NCBI GenBank assembly: GCA_040954595.2
Contig: CM082586.2
Coordinates: forward strand, 9,951,337-10,015,336
Reading direction: 5' to 3'
Length of the DNA stretch: 64,000 nt
DNA from: Balanoglossus misakiensis
Taxonomy: Eukaryota > Animalia > Hemichordata
In this document: positions 12,723-24,728 of the stretch, piece by piece
Position numbering within the stretch: position 1 is the first letter of the stretch
Layout: each line of letters starts with the position of its first letter
Notes under the pieces: model-generated
Database searches by the model: none
The model's input: the letters and a program-made list of their open reading frames with translations, nothing else
Told to the model about the DNA's origin: nothing
Program-made: the position numbers and the translations under genes

Positions 12723-15147
12723 ATGTGGATATGGCTCTTGATAAAAAGCTCAACAGTCATGATTTTGTTCAAAGAGTACTACTGCTGCCAGGACATAACC
12801 CAAATATTTTGATAATTTTGGCAATGACCCTTGATCTACTTGGATATGTCTCTTGTTAAAAAGCACAACAGTCATGATTTTGTTCACATGAGTTTTATTG
12901 CTGCCAGGACATAACCCAAATATTTTGATAATCTTGGTAATGACCCTTGATCCCTTGGATATGTCTCTTGTTAAAAAGCACAACAGTCATGATTTTGTTC
13001 ACATGAGTTTTATTGTTGCCAGGACATAACCCAAATATTTTGATAATTTTGGCCATGACCCTTGATCTACTTGGATATGTCTCTTGTTAAAAAGCACAAC
13101 AGTCATGATTTTGTTCACATGAGTTTTGTCGCTGCCAGGACATAACCCAAATATTTTGATAACTTTGGCAATGACCCTTGATCTACTTGGATATGTCTCT
13201 TGTTAAAAAGCACAACAGTCATGATTTTGTTCACATGAGTTTTATTGCTGCCAGGACATAACCCAAATATTTTGATAATCTTGGCAATGACCCTTGATCT
13301 ACTTGGATATGTCTCTTGTTAAAAAGCACAACAGTCATGATTTTGTTCACATGAGTTTTATTGCTGCCAGGACATTACCAAAATATTTTGATAATTTTGG
13401 CAATGACCCTTGATCTACTTGGATATGTCTCTTGTTAAAAGGCACAACAGTCATGATTTTGTTCACATGAGTTTTATTGCTGCCAGGACATAATCCAAAT
13501 ATTTTGATAATCTTGGTAATGACCCTTGATCTACTTGGATATGTCTCTTGTTAAAAAGCACAACAGTCATGATTTTGTTCACATGAGTACTATTGCTGCC
13601 TGGACATAACCCAAATATTTTGATAATTTTGGCAATGACCCTTGATCTACTTGGATATGTCTCTTGTTAAAAGCACAACAGTCATGATTTTGTTCACATG
13701 AGTTTTATTGCTGCCAGGACATAACCGAAATATTTTGATAATCATGGCAATGACCCTTGATCTACTTGGATATGTCTCTTGTTAAAAAGCACAACAGTCA
13801 TGATTTTGTTCACATGAGTTTTATTGCTGCCAGGACATAACCCAAATATTTTGATAATTTTGGCAATGACCCTTGATCTACTTGGATATGTCTCTTGTTA
13901 AAAGGCACAACAGTCATGATTTTGTTCACATGAGTTTTATTGCTGCCAGGACATAACCCAAATATTTTGATAATCTTGGTAATGACCCTTGATCTACTTG
14001 GATATGTCTCTTGTTAAAAAGCACAACAGTCATGATTTTGTTCACATGAGTACTATTGCTGCCTGGACATAACCCAAATATTTTGATAATTTTGGCAATG
14101 ACCCTTGATCTACTTGGATATGTCTCTTGTTAAAAAGCACAACAGTCATGATTTTGTTCACATGAGTACTATTGCTGCCTGGACATAACCCAAATATTTT
14201 GATAATTTTGGCAATGACCCTTGATCTACTTGGATATGCCTCTTGTTAAAAAGCACAACAGTCATGATTTTGTTCACATGAGTACTATTGCTGCCTGGAC
14301 ATAACCCAAATATTTTGATAATTTTGGCAATGACCCTTGATCTACTTGGATATGTCTCTTGTTAAAAAGCACAACAGTCATGATTTTGTTCACATGAGTA
14401 CTATTGGTGCCTGGACATAACCCAAATATTTTGATAATTTTGGCAATGACCCTTGATCTACTTGGATATGTCTCTTGTTAAAAAGCACAACAGTCATGAT
14501 TTTGTTCACATGAGTTTTATTGCTGCCAGGACATAACCCAAATATTTTGATAATTTTGGCAATGACCCTTGATCTACTTGGATATGTCTCTTGTTAAAAA
14601 GCACAACAGTCATGATTTTGTTCACATGAGTTTTATTGCTGCCAGGACATAACCCATATATTTTGATCATTTTGGCAATGACCCTTGATCTACTTGGATA
14701 TGTCTCTTGTTAAAAAGCACAATAGTCATGATTTTGTTCACATGAGTTTTATTGCTGCCAGGACATAACCCAAATATTTGGATAATTTTGGCAATGACCC
14801 TTGATCTACTTGGATATGTATCTTGTTAAAAAGCACAACAGTCATGATTTTGTTCATATGAATTTTATTGCTGCCAGGACATAACCCAAATATTTTGATT
14901 ATTTCGGCCATGACCCTTGATCTACTTGGATATGTCTCTTGTTAAAAAGCACAACAGTCATGATTTTGTTCACATGAGTTTTATTGTTGCCAGGACATAA
15001 CCCAAATATTTTGATAATTTTGGCCATGACCCTTGATCTACTTGGATATGTCTCTTGTTAAAAAGCACAACAGTCATGATTTTGTACACATGAGTACTAT
15101 TGCTGCCAGGACATAACCCAAATATTTTGATAATTTTGGCCATGATC
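12723..15147. repeat. 116-bp satellite array 3 (~21 copies)
   Basis: Spacing of the tgatc marker measured at 12833, 12949, 13064, 13180. Confidence 0.97.
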
Positions 15148-16829
15148 TTCTTTCCCATAACTTGCCATGCACAGCAGATACGGCTTTCAAATTTAGAGGA
15201 CTGGAACACCTAATGAAGTATTAATTTTTAACACAATCATTATGTACTTATCCTATTTAAAGTTAACCAATTGAGCTTAGAAGTTTGGTTCTTGTTGGAC
15301 ACTTATCAGTTTGATGTCAAAATTTGTTGGCACAAATTTGCCTGACCTCTGGCTTACTTACCATTTCTCAGCATCCATAACAGATACAGCCTTTGCTTTC
15401 TGTTGGAACCATGCTAACCACTTTGGTCACTCCAATGCTGCTTATAGTTGGGTCTTCTTCATGGCGGCCATATTGGATTTTCTGATAATCTCTAAAAGTG
15501 GACATTTTTTTCTAAACTGCAGGGCCAATCAAGTTCTAATTTACTGGCCGTTCCATTTTTTTTTCAATTATATTAATAGTGGTCATGTGAATTTGGATTC
15601 ATTATGGATTTTTTCAAAAACTCATGAAAAATTTCCAAAATCTTTTTTAATCAAGCTTTCAAGTGAATTGTGATTGGTTAAACCTTATTGAAGTCAAATT
15701 GGATTGTCTGAACTCCGATTAAAAACTAAAATTTCCTATTTCAAGGCTACTGAATGATAGCACACCAATCCTTTTTATGGATACGAGTCACCATAAGTCC
15801 AGAATATGTTAAACAATTTTTATCAACTTTCACATGTCCTTTCATCCATTTTTTCAACACTTAATTATACTATTTTTTTGCAACTTTCATTCGTCTTTTG
15901 ATCCAGATCTTTCAGAACTTAATTCTACGTTGATATGCCTCTTGTTAAAAAGCACAACAGTCGTGATTTTGTTCACATGAGTACTACTGCTGCCAGGACA
16001 TAACCCAAATATTTTGATAATTTTGGCAGTAACTTTTGATCTACATTCCCATAACTTGGCATGTACAGCAGATACAGCTTTTAAATTTAGAGGCTTGGAA
16101 CACCTAATGAAGTACATGTATTAACTTTAACACAATAATTATGTATATAAGCTATTTAAAGTTAACTAATAAAGCGTAGAAGTCTGCTTTTTGTTGGACA
16201 TTGATCAGTTTGGTATCAAATTTTGTTGGCACATTTTGCATCACCTCTGGCATACTTTACCATTTCTAGGCATCCACAACAGATACAGCCTTTGCTTTCT
16301 GTTGGAACCATGCTAACCGCTTTGGCCACTCCAATGCTGCTTGTAGCTCTAATTGTCTTCTTCATGGTGGCCATATTGGATTTTCTAATAACCTTTAAAA
16401 GTTGACATTTTCATAAACTACAGGGCAAATCAAATTCTAGTTTACTGTAGGGTTGAAAGTTTGACAAAAATATCATTAGTGGTCATGTGACTTTGGGTGC
16501 CTAATTGGATTGTTTAAAAATCTCATTAAAAAATTACAGAACATCTTTTTCTAATCAAGTTTTCAAGTGAATTGTGATTGGTGTCACCTTATTGGAGCCA
16601 AATTGGATTTTTCTGAACACTGATTAAAAACTAAGATTTCCTATTTCTAGCCTACTCATTGAAAGCACACAAATTAATTTTATGGATACGAGTCGCCATA
16701 TGACTAGAATACGTTACATTTTTTGGCAACTTTCACATGTCCTTTGATCCAGTTTTTTCAAAACTTGATTAAACAATTTGTTGGCAACTCTCGCATGTCC
16801 TTTGACCCAGTAATTCCATAACTTAATTT

Positions 16830-17170
16830 TATGTGGATATGGCTCTTGATAAAAAGCTCAACAGTCATGATTTTGTTCATAGAGTACTACTGCTGCCAGG
16901 ACATAACCCAAATATTTTGATAATTTTGGCAATGCCCATTGATCTACTTGGATATGTCTCTTGTTAAAAAGCACAACAGTCATGATTTTGTTCACATGAG
17001 TTTTATTGCTGCCAGGACATAACCCAAATATTTTGATAATTTTGGCCATGACCCTTGATCTACTTGGATATGTCTCTTGTTAAAAAGCACAACAGTCATG
17101 ATTTTGTACACATGAGTACTATTGCTGCCTGGACATAACCCAAATATTTTGATAATTTTGGCCATGATCT
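16830..17170. repeat. 116-bp satellite array 4 (~3 copies)
   Basis: Same unit; paralogue of array 2. Confidence 0.9.
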
Positions 17171-18007
17171 ACTTAAATCCTATTTAAAGTTAACCAATTG
17201 AGCTTAGAAGTTTGGTTCTTGTTGGACACTTATCAGTTTGATATCAAAATTTGTTGGCACAAATTTCCGTGACCTCTGGCTTACCTACCATTCTAAGAAT
17301 CCATAACAGATACAGAGTTTGCTTTCTGTTGGAACCATGCTAACTGCTTTGGCCCCTGTGATGCTGCATGTTCTTTTAATTGTCTTCTTCATGGTGGCCA
17401 TATTGGATTTTCTGATAACCTTTAAAAGTTGACATTTTTTTTCAAAAATTACAAGGCCAATCAAGTTCTAATTTACTGTACGTTCCAATTTTTTAAAATA
17501 ATATTGTTAGTGTTCATGTGAATTTGGATTTATTATGGATTTTTGAAAAATCCCATGAAAAATTTCCAAAATCTTTTTTTAATCACGCTTTCGCGTAAAA
17601 TGTGATTGGTTAAACCTTATTGAAGCCTAATTGGATTTTCTGAACTCCGATTAAAAACTAAAATTTCCTATTTGTAGGCTACTGAATGATAGCACACCAA
17701 GCCTTTTTATGGATAGAGTCAACATAAGACCAGAATGTTAAAATTTTTTGTCAACTTTCACATGTCCATTGATCCCTTTTTTAACACTTAATTATACAAT
17801 TTTTTGCAACTTTCATTTTCCCTTTGATCAAGATCTTTCAGAACTTAATTGTACATTGATATGTCTCTTGTTAAAAAGCACAACAGTCATGATTTTGTTC
17901 ACATGAGTACTACTCTGGCAGGACATAACCCAAATATTTTGATAATTTTGGCAATGACCCTTGATCTACATTTCCAAAACTTGGCATGCACAGCAGATAC
18001 AGCTTTT

Positions 18008-19811
18008 ATTAGCTCTGCTGTCACTTGTGTCAGCCGAGCTGTAGCAGTAGGTTGATAAATGTCTGTCCGTCGTCTGTCGTCCGTCATCCGTCGTCCGTCA
18101 ACTTTTGGTATTTCAATCTTCTTCTATAAAACTACTTGGCATATTTAGCTGAAATTTGGTTAGAATGTGTGTTATGGTGCCCTTACCTGATTTTGTTAAT
18201 TTGGATTTGATCGGGTCATGAATATGCAAATTAGATCTAAAAATAAAATTTTTGGTAAAAAAATCTTCTTCTCCCTAACTACATGTACGATGGAGCTGAA
18301 ATTTGGTAGGAATGTGTGTTATGGTGTCCCTACCTGATTTTTAGCTCTGCTGTCACTTGTGTCAGCCGAGCTGTAGCAGTAGGTTGATAAGTGTCCGTCC
18401 GTCGTCCGTCGTCTGTCGTCAGTCGTCTGTCGTCCGTCAACTTTTTGTATTTCAATCTTCTTCTTTAAAACAACTGGGCATATTTAGCTGAAATTTGGTT
18501 GGAATGTGTGTTATGGTGCCTTTAACTGATTTTGTTAATTTGGATTTGATGGGGTCATGAATATGCAAATTAGATCTAAAAATAGAACTTTTGGTAAAAA
18601 TCTTCTTCTCCACAACTACATGTGCAATGGACCTGAAATTTGGCAGGAATGTGTGTTATGGTGCCCCTACCTGATTTTGTAAATTTGGATTTGATGGGGT
18701 CATAAATATGCAAATTAGATCTAAAAATAGAATTTTGGTAAAAAATCTTCTTCTCCATAACTACATGTACAATGGAGCTGAAATTTGGTAGGAATGTGTG
18801 TTATGGTGCCCCTACCTGATTTTGTAAATTTGGATTTGATGGGGTCATAAATATGCAAATTAGATCTAAAAATATAATTTTTGGTCAAAAATTTTCTTCT
18901 CCCTAACTACATGTACGATGGAGCTGAAATATGGTAGGAATGTGTGTTATGATGCCCGTACTTGATTTTATAAATTTGGATATGATCGGGTCATGAATAT
19001 GTAAATTAGATCTAAAAATATAATTTTTGGTAAAAAATCTTCTTCTCCCTAACTATTTGTACGATGGAGCTGAAATTTAGTAGGAATGTGTGTTATAGTG
19101 TCCCTACCTGATTTTGTTAATTTGGATTTGATTGGGTCATAAATATGCAAATTAGATCTAAAAATAGAATTTTTGGTCAAAAATCTTCTTCTCCCTAACT
19201 ACATGTACGATGGCGCTGAAATTTAGTAGGAATGTGTGTTATGGTGCCCCTACCTGATTTTGCTAATTTGGATATGATGGGGTCATAAATATGCAAATTA
19301 GATCTAAAAATAGAATTGTTGGTCAAAAATCTTCTTCTCCCTAACTACATGTACGATGGCGCTGAAATTTAGTAGGAATGTGTGTTATGGTGCCCCTACC
19401 TGATTTTGCTAATTTGGATATGATGGGGTCATAAATATGCAAATTAGATCTAAAAATATAATTTTTGGTAAAAAAATCTTCTCCCTAAATACATGTACGA
19501 TGGAGTTGAAATTTGGTAGAATGTGTGTTATGGTGCCCCTACCTGATTTTGTTTTATTGGAATTTTGATGGGGTCATGAATATGCAAATTAGAACATTGG
19601 TACTTCCTTTTGATGTTGTTCTTTAGAATTCAATTCTTTCTTTCTTTAGTGCAATGAATCAAGCTGAATTTGGATAAATACTTGTGATGTCTATGTTTGG
19701 TTTTGTTCAATAGAATACAATTGTTATGAATTAAAACCTAGGGTATTCATATCATCACCCAGGTTACACTGTTAAGGTCAGCAGAGCTCATTTGACCAAT
19801 AGGTCACTTGT
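18008..19811 (+). mobile_element. Non-autonomous Helentron-type element (HINE/DINE-1-like architecture) with a second nested 5' end at 18341
   Basis: Sub-terminal IRs agctctgctg (18011-18020) / cagcagagct (19779-19788); 5' palindrome agctc...gagct; CGTC microsatellite; central tandem array; 3' hairpin tgacc-aata-ggtca (19793-19806); inserted in a T run without TSD, empty site cagctttt|aaatttagagg at ~9582-9599. Confidence 0.88.
18470..19592. repeat. 145-146-bp tandem repeat (~8 copies) inside the HINE
   Basis: tagatc marker at 18571, 18716, 18861, 19007, 19153, 19299, 19445. Confidence 0.95.
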
Positions 19812-22499
19812 AAATTTAGAGGACTGGAACACCTAATGAAGTGCATGTGTTAACTTTAACACACTAATTATGTATATGAGCTATTTAAAGTTAACCAATA
19901 AAGCGTAGAAGTCTGCTTTTTGTTGGACACTGATCAGTTTGGTATCAAATTTTGTGGGCACATTTTGCCTCACCTCTGGCGTACTTTACCATTTCTGGGC
20001 ATCCACAACAGACACAGCCTCTGCTTTCTGTTGGAACCATGCTTAACACCTTGGTCCCTCCAATGCTACTTTTAGTTGTAATTGTCTTCTTCATGGCGGC
20101 CATATTGGATTTTCTAATAAGCTTTAAAGGTTGACATTTTCATAAACTACAGGGCCAATCAAGTTCTAATTTACTGTGCGGTTGAAAGTTTGATAAAATA
20201 TCATTAGTGGTCATGTGACTTTTGGTGCCTTATTGGATTTTTTAAAAATCTCATTCAAAAATTACGAAAATCTTTTTCTAATCAAGTTTTCAAGTGAATT
20301 GTGATTGGTTTAACCTTATCAGAGCCAAATTGGATTTTCTGAACTCCGATTAAAAGCTAAAATTCCTTTTTTTATCCTACTCATTGAAAGCACACAAATT
20401 CTTTCTGTGGATACGAGTCACCATATGACTAGAATATGTTACATTTTTTGACAACTTTCATATGTTCTTTGATCCAGTTTTTTTTCAGTATTTGATTAAA
20501 CAATTTGTTGGTGACTCTCGCATGTCCTTTGATCCAGTAATTCCATAACTTAATTTTATGTGGATATGGCTCTTGATAAAAAGCTCAACAGTCATGATTT
20601 TGTTCAAAGAGTACTACTGCTGCCAGGACATAACCCAAATATTTTGATAATTTTGGCAATGACCTTTGATGTACTTTCCCATAACCTGGCCTGCACAACA
20701 GATACAGCCTTCAGATTTTTAGGCCTTAAACACCTAATAAAGTATTAAACTTTAACACAAAAGTTGTGTACATAAGCTTTTTCTAGTTAACCAATTGAGA
20801 ATAAAAGTCTGTTTTTTTGTTGAACACTGATCAGTTTGATGTCAAAATTTGTTGCCACAAATTTCCGTGACCTCTGGCTTACCTACCATTTCTAAGCATC
20901 CACAACAGATACAGAGTTTGCTTTCTGTTGGAACCATGCTAACTGCTTTGGTCCCTGTAATGCTGCATGTTCCTTTAATTGTCTTCTTCAGGGTGGCCAT
21001 ATTGGATTTTCTGATAACCTTTAAAAGATGACAGTTCTTTTCCAAAACTACAGGGACAATCAAGTTCGAATATACTGTGCAGTTCAAAGTTTGACTGTAA
21101 TATTGCTAGTAGTCATGTGACTTAGAATTCCTTATTAGATTTTTGAAAAATATCATTAAAACACTTTTTCTAATCAAGTTTTCAAGTGAATTGTGATTGG
21201 TTAAACCTTATTGGAGCCAAATTGGATTTTCTGAACAACGATTTAAAACTAAGATTTCCTATTTATGGCCTACTCATTGATAGCACAAACATTATTTATA
21301 TGTATATGACTCACTATATGACCAGAATATGTTACCATTTTTGGCATATTGCACATGTCCTTTAATCCAGTTTTTCCAACACTTAATAATACAAATTTTT
21401 AGGCAACTTTCATTTGTCTTTTGATCCAGATCTTTCAGAACTTAATTAAAGTTTATTGAAGCCAAATTGGATTTTATGAATTCTGATTAAAAACTTTGAT
21501 TGCACACCAATTCTTTTTATAGATACGAGTCACCATATGACCAGAATACGTTGCATTTTTTGGCAACTTTCGCATGTACTTTGATCCATTTTTTTTTCAG
21601 AACTTAATTATTCGTGGATATGCCTCTTGTTGAAAAGCAAAACAGTGATGATTTATTTTTCACACGAATAGTACTGCTGCCAGGACATAACCCAAATTTT
21701 TTGATAATATTGGCATTGAACTTTGTCCTAAGTTTGGCACCTGTATTCTTTTCTGAATATCTTATGGCGACTAGACTAATAGCACTAGAGGTTTGGTTTT
21801 TGATGTATATGGACAAGTATGGGACTTAGCTTTTTTTGTTACATTTGGAATCCACTGGACCAATGTTGAGCTTATTAAATATGTGAATATCTAATGCTGA
21901 GCTTACCCATATTGTTACAGTTTGAATTTTTTATGAACATGCTCTACTATTGGACTTAATTTTTTTGCTGAATTTCTTGACCAATGATAACCTTATAAAT
22001 ATGTGCTTACGTAATTGTAGACTAGATAATGAAGCTTTGAGTCTGGGTTTTCTTGAACATTCACCAGTATGCGATCACATTTTTTTCTGACATTTTTGTT
22101 AGCTTTGGTTACCTTAAACCTATTTTCCCTGCCTTGGCATGCACAGCAGATAACGCCTTCAAATTTTGAGGGCTGGAACACCTAATTACCAGGTTAACCA
22201 ATAGAGCCAGAAGTCTTGTTTTTCATTTTACACTGATAATTTTGGAAGAAACATTTGTTGACAATTTTGGGTGAGCTCTTGGTGACCTTTGATCTGCTTT
22301 CCTATATACATAGCAGATACAGCATTGGCACTCTCTGGTATCCATAGGAACTGCTTTGACCTAGCCAATGTTTGTTGCACTTTATTTTTTTTTCATTAAT
22401 TGACGATATGTACCCCTTGACCCGCAGTATGTTGGGTTGGGCTGGCTTGCCAAATTAATCCTATTATTATCATTGATTTCATGCATTTAATTCTTTCAT

Positions 22500-22600
22500 T
22501 CTTTTTTTTTTGTAGGTCCCACCGGTACTCTTCTCCTTCTCTCTCTCTTTCTTTCTTTCTTTCTTTTTTTCTCTTCTTTTCTCTTTTTTTTCTTTTTTTC
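22500..22600. repeat. CT-rich low-complexity tract
   Basis: Poly-pyrimidine runs (ct/cttt). Confidence 0.8.
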
Positions 22601-22619
22601 CCTGTAGGCCCCAATGGTA

Positions 22620-23135
22620 ACACCATAATCAACCTACTAACGTAAAATTTGATGGATGGATGGAGCGGAGTGTCAACCATAGTCAACCTACTAATATAAA
22701 CTTTGATGGATGGATGGAGGGGAGCGTCAACCATAGTCAACCTACTAATATAAACTTTGATGGATGAATGGAGCGGAGCGTCAACCATAGTCAACCTACT
22801 AATATAAACTTTGATGGATGGATGGAGCGGAGCGTCAACCATAGTCAACTTACTAAAATATAAACTTTGATGGATGGATGGTGCCGCGGAGCGTCAACTT
22901 AAAGGATGGAGAAGTGGAAAGATGGAGAAGTGGAGTTTTTTCTCTGTTTTTTCCTCTTTTTCTTTCCTGTAGGGCACACTGGTAACACCATAATCAACCA
23001 ACTAACGTAAAATTTGATGGGAGGATGGAGCGGAGAGTCAACCATAGTCAACCTACTAATATAAACTTTGATGGATGGATGGATGGAGCGTCAACCTAAA
23101 GGATGGAGAAGTGGAAGAATGGAGAAGTGGAGTTT
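22620..23135. repeat. 54-bp minisatellite (~5 + ~2 copies) within a ~370-bp local duplication
   Basis: caaccatagtcaacctactaatataaactttgatggatggatggagcggagcgt at 22674, 22728, ...; second block from ~22965 repeats the flanks cctgtagg...ggtaacacc and aaaggatggagaagtgg. Confidence 0.9.
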
Positions 23136-23279
23136 CAACATAATATCCTATTGACCAAAATTATAAGATAGAGTAATATAGACGTACAAAACGAGGTGAT
23201 CGTAATATAAAACTTAATAGTCCAATAAATCGGGTTAATAATTGGTAGTGATTACTTGTTTTAAAATTAGGTTAACAGC

Positions 23280-23965
23280 AATGGCTTTGTGCAGGGTATG
23301 ATAATAGGTTCCGAAATGTGTATGGTATAATAACGGTGAACAAATTTGAATTTGGTTTAATAAAAGGGTTACAAATGTGATGATGGTTTTATGGTAAAAT
23401 TTGAGTGTACACAGGTTATAAAGGGGTAACAACGGTTGCTTGTATGAAGGGAATAATATTAGGGTAACAAATGTGGTATAAAGGTATAACGGGTTTATAA
23501 TATGATGATGGCTTGTGTACACAGGTTATAATGGGTATATGAATGAGAAGGGTATAATAATAGTAATAACTGTGTCGGGTTTAATAAGGGTAACAATTGT
23601 GCAAGGGTATAATAACGATTAATAATTGTGGTGATGGCTTATGGTGATATTAAGTATAAAAAGGGTGTTAATATTGATGATGATGACAGAGGTATAATAA
23701 TGATAAAATGTTAAATAAGTGTCCAAGGTCTAATAATCATGTTGGTTCATTCATTGGTTAATGTGTATATTTTATGAATAACATGCTATTATTTCTCAGA
23801 TAGATAATACTCGTCAGCATCGTTATTCGGTGGAATTTCTCGCAACGGTACCCGTGATTGTATTCGCGCATCGACACATTGTACGCGACAGACAGGCAGA
23901 AAATGTTAGCACAATGTTAGGTTAGCTTAACCTCCCCACCCCATCCAAATTCCAAATTTAGCTTA
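23280..23965 (+). repeat. Diverged copy of a ~650-bp sequence also at ~42580-43212 and ~56680-57312
   Basis: Shared ggttcattcattggttaatgtgtatatttta, cattgtacgcgacagaca.gcagaaaat, cctccccaccccatccaaattccaaatttagctt. Confidence 0.75.
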
Positions 23966-24576
23966 GATCATGGGGTGAGAGGAGGAGAGGACAGTTTTTT
24001 TTCCCTCTTTTGTAATTGGTATGAGGTTTTTTAACTGCCCTTTAGGCGCGTAAATTAGATGTGTGTTATCATACATGTAGTTATCTTGCTTTATTTTAAA
24101 ACAATTGTGAATGAGCTCTGCGAGATTATGTACACGATAGTGTGTTATATAACGCTAAGGTAAAAGTAAACTTAACCCACTAACCCATCACACTATTGTG
24201 TGCATAATTAGCAGATGCTATTTTGACTGGCCCATTGTTCAACCAAATGACACCTTGTTTCAAAAAGAGCTGAAACTATATTGGTTAATTTCTTTCAGTT
24301 TAACCACATGACACATTGTTTCAAATTGGCCTGCAAGATATGCTACTTGAACTCCCCCCCCCCCACCCCCACCCCCCCCCCCAAAACAATAAATTAGGGA
24401 TTAATCACTCGCTATATTATGAACATTCACATGAAAATTATGCAACCAATTTAAAGGTATTCTGGAGGCGTCTTTTGATGTCAGGTGGTTCAAATCCACC
24501 GATACCTAAGCTGGAAACATAACTTTTCATTGGTGTTCATATATGGCGAATAAAACATGCATATTCGTATTATCAT

Positions 24577-24660
24577 ATTTCAGATATGAACGAATTGAAA
24601 TAGATTCTTTTCGATATGATTTCAGAAATGAACGAATTCAAATAGATTCTTTTCGATATG
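24577..24660. repeat. 42-bp tandem duplication just left of the large satellite
   Basis: atttcaga.atgaacgaatt.aaatagattcttttcgatatg x2. Confidence 0.9.
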
Positions 24661-24728
24661 TCACTATAAACTTTAATCCCATTTCACCCCTTTTACTCAA
24701 AATGTAATGTTTAAATAGCAAAGAAGTT

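Larger units (their letters stand above)
7091..22380. repeat. Tandem macro-repeat of ~900-bp units (10 clear units plus a degenerate tail) with a higher-order duplication
   Basis: Marker gccatattgga at ~7217, 8975, 9876, 11230, 12263, 15467, 16370, 17397, 20099, 20996; unexpanded spacing ~897-901 bp; ORF-track pairs 8818/15311, 9393/15887, 9729/16223 share a ~6493-bp offset. Confidence 0.9.

Noticed and set aside
7610-17170. CRISPR-like regular repeats
   Set aside because: Units are contiguous 116-bp head-to-tail copies with no unique spacers, no cas genes, and a eukaryotic context
7574-21829. Recurrent short ORFs (IIKIFGLCPG..., LLSVGTML...)
   Set aside because: Translations of repeat units with stops and frameshifts varying between copies; no domain similarity recognised
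22396-22848. 150-aa ORF with 18-aa repeats and a basic tract
   Set aside because: Explained by the 54-bp minisatellite and CT tract read on the minus strand
24353-24382. C-run / potential G-quadruplex on the minus strand
   Set aside because: Simple homopolymer-like tract with no supporting context
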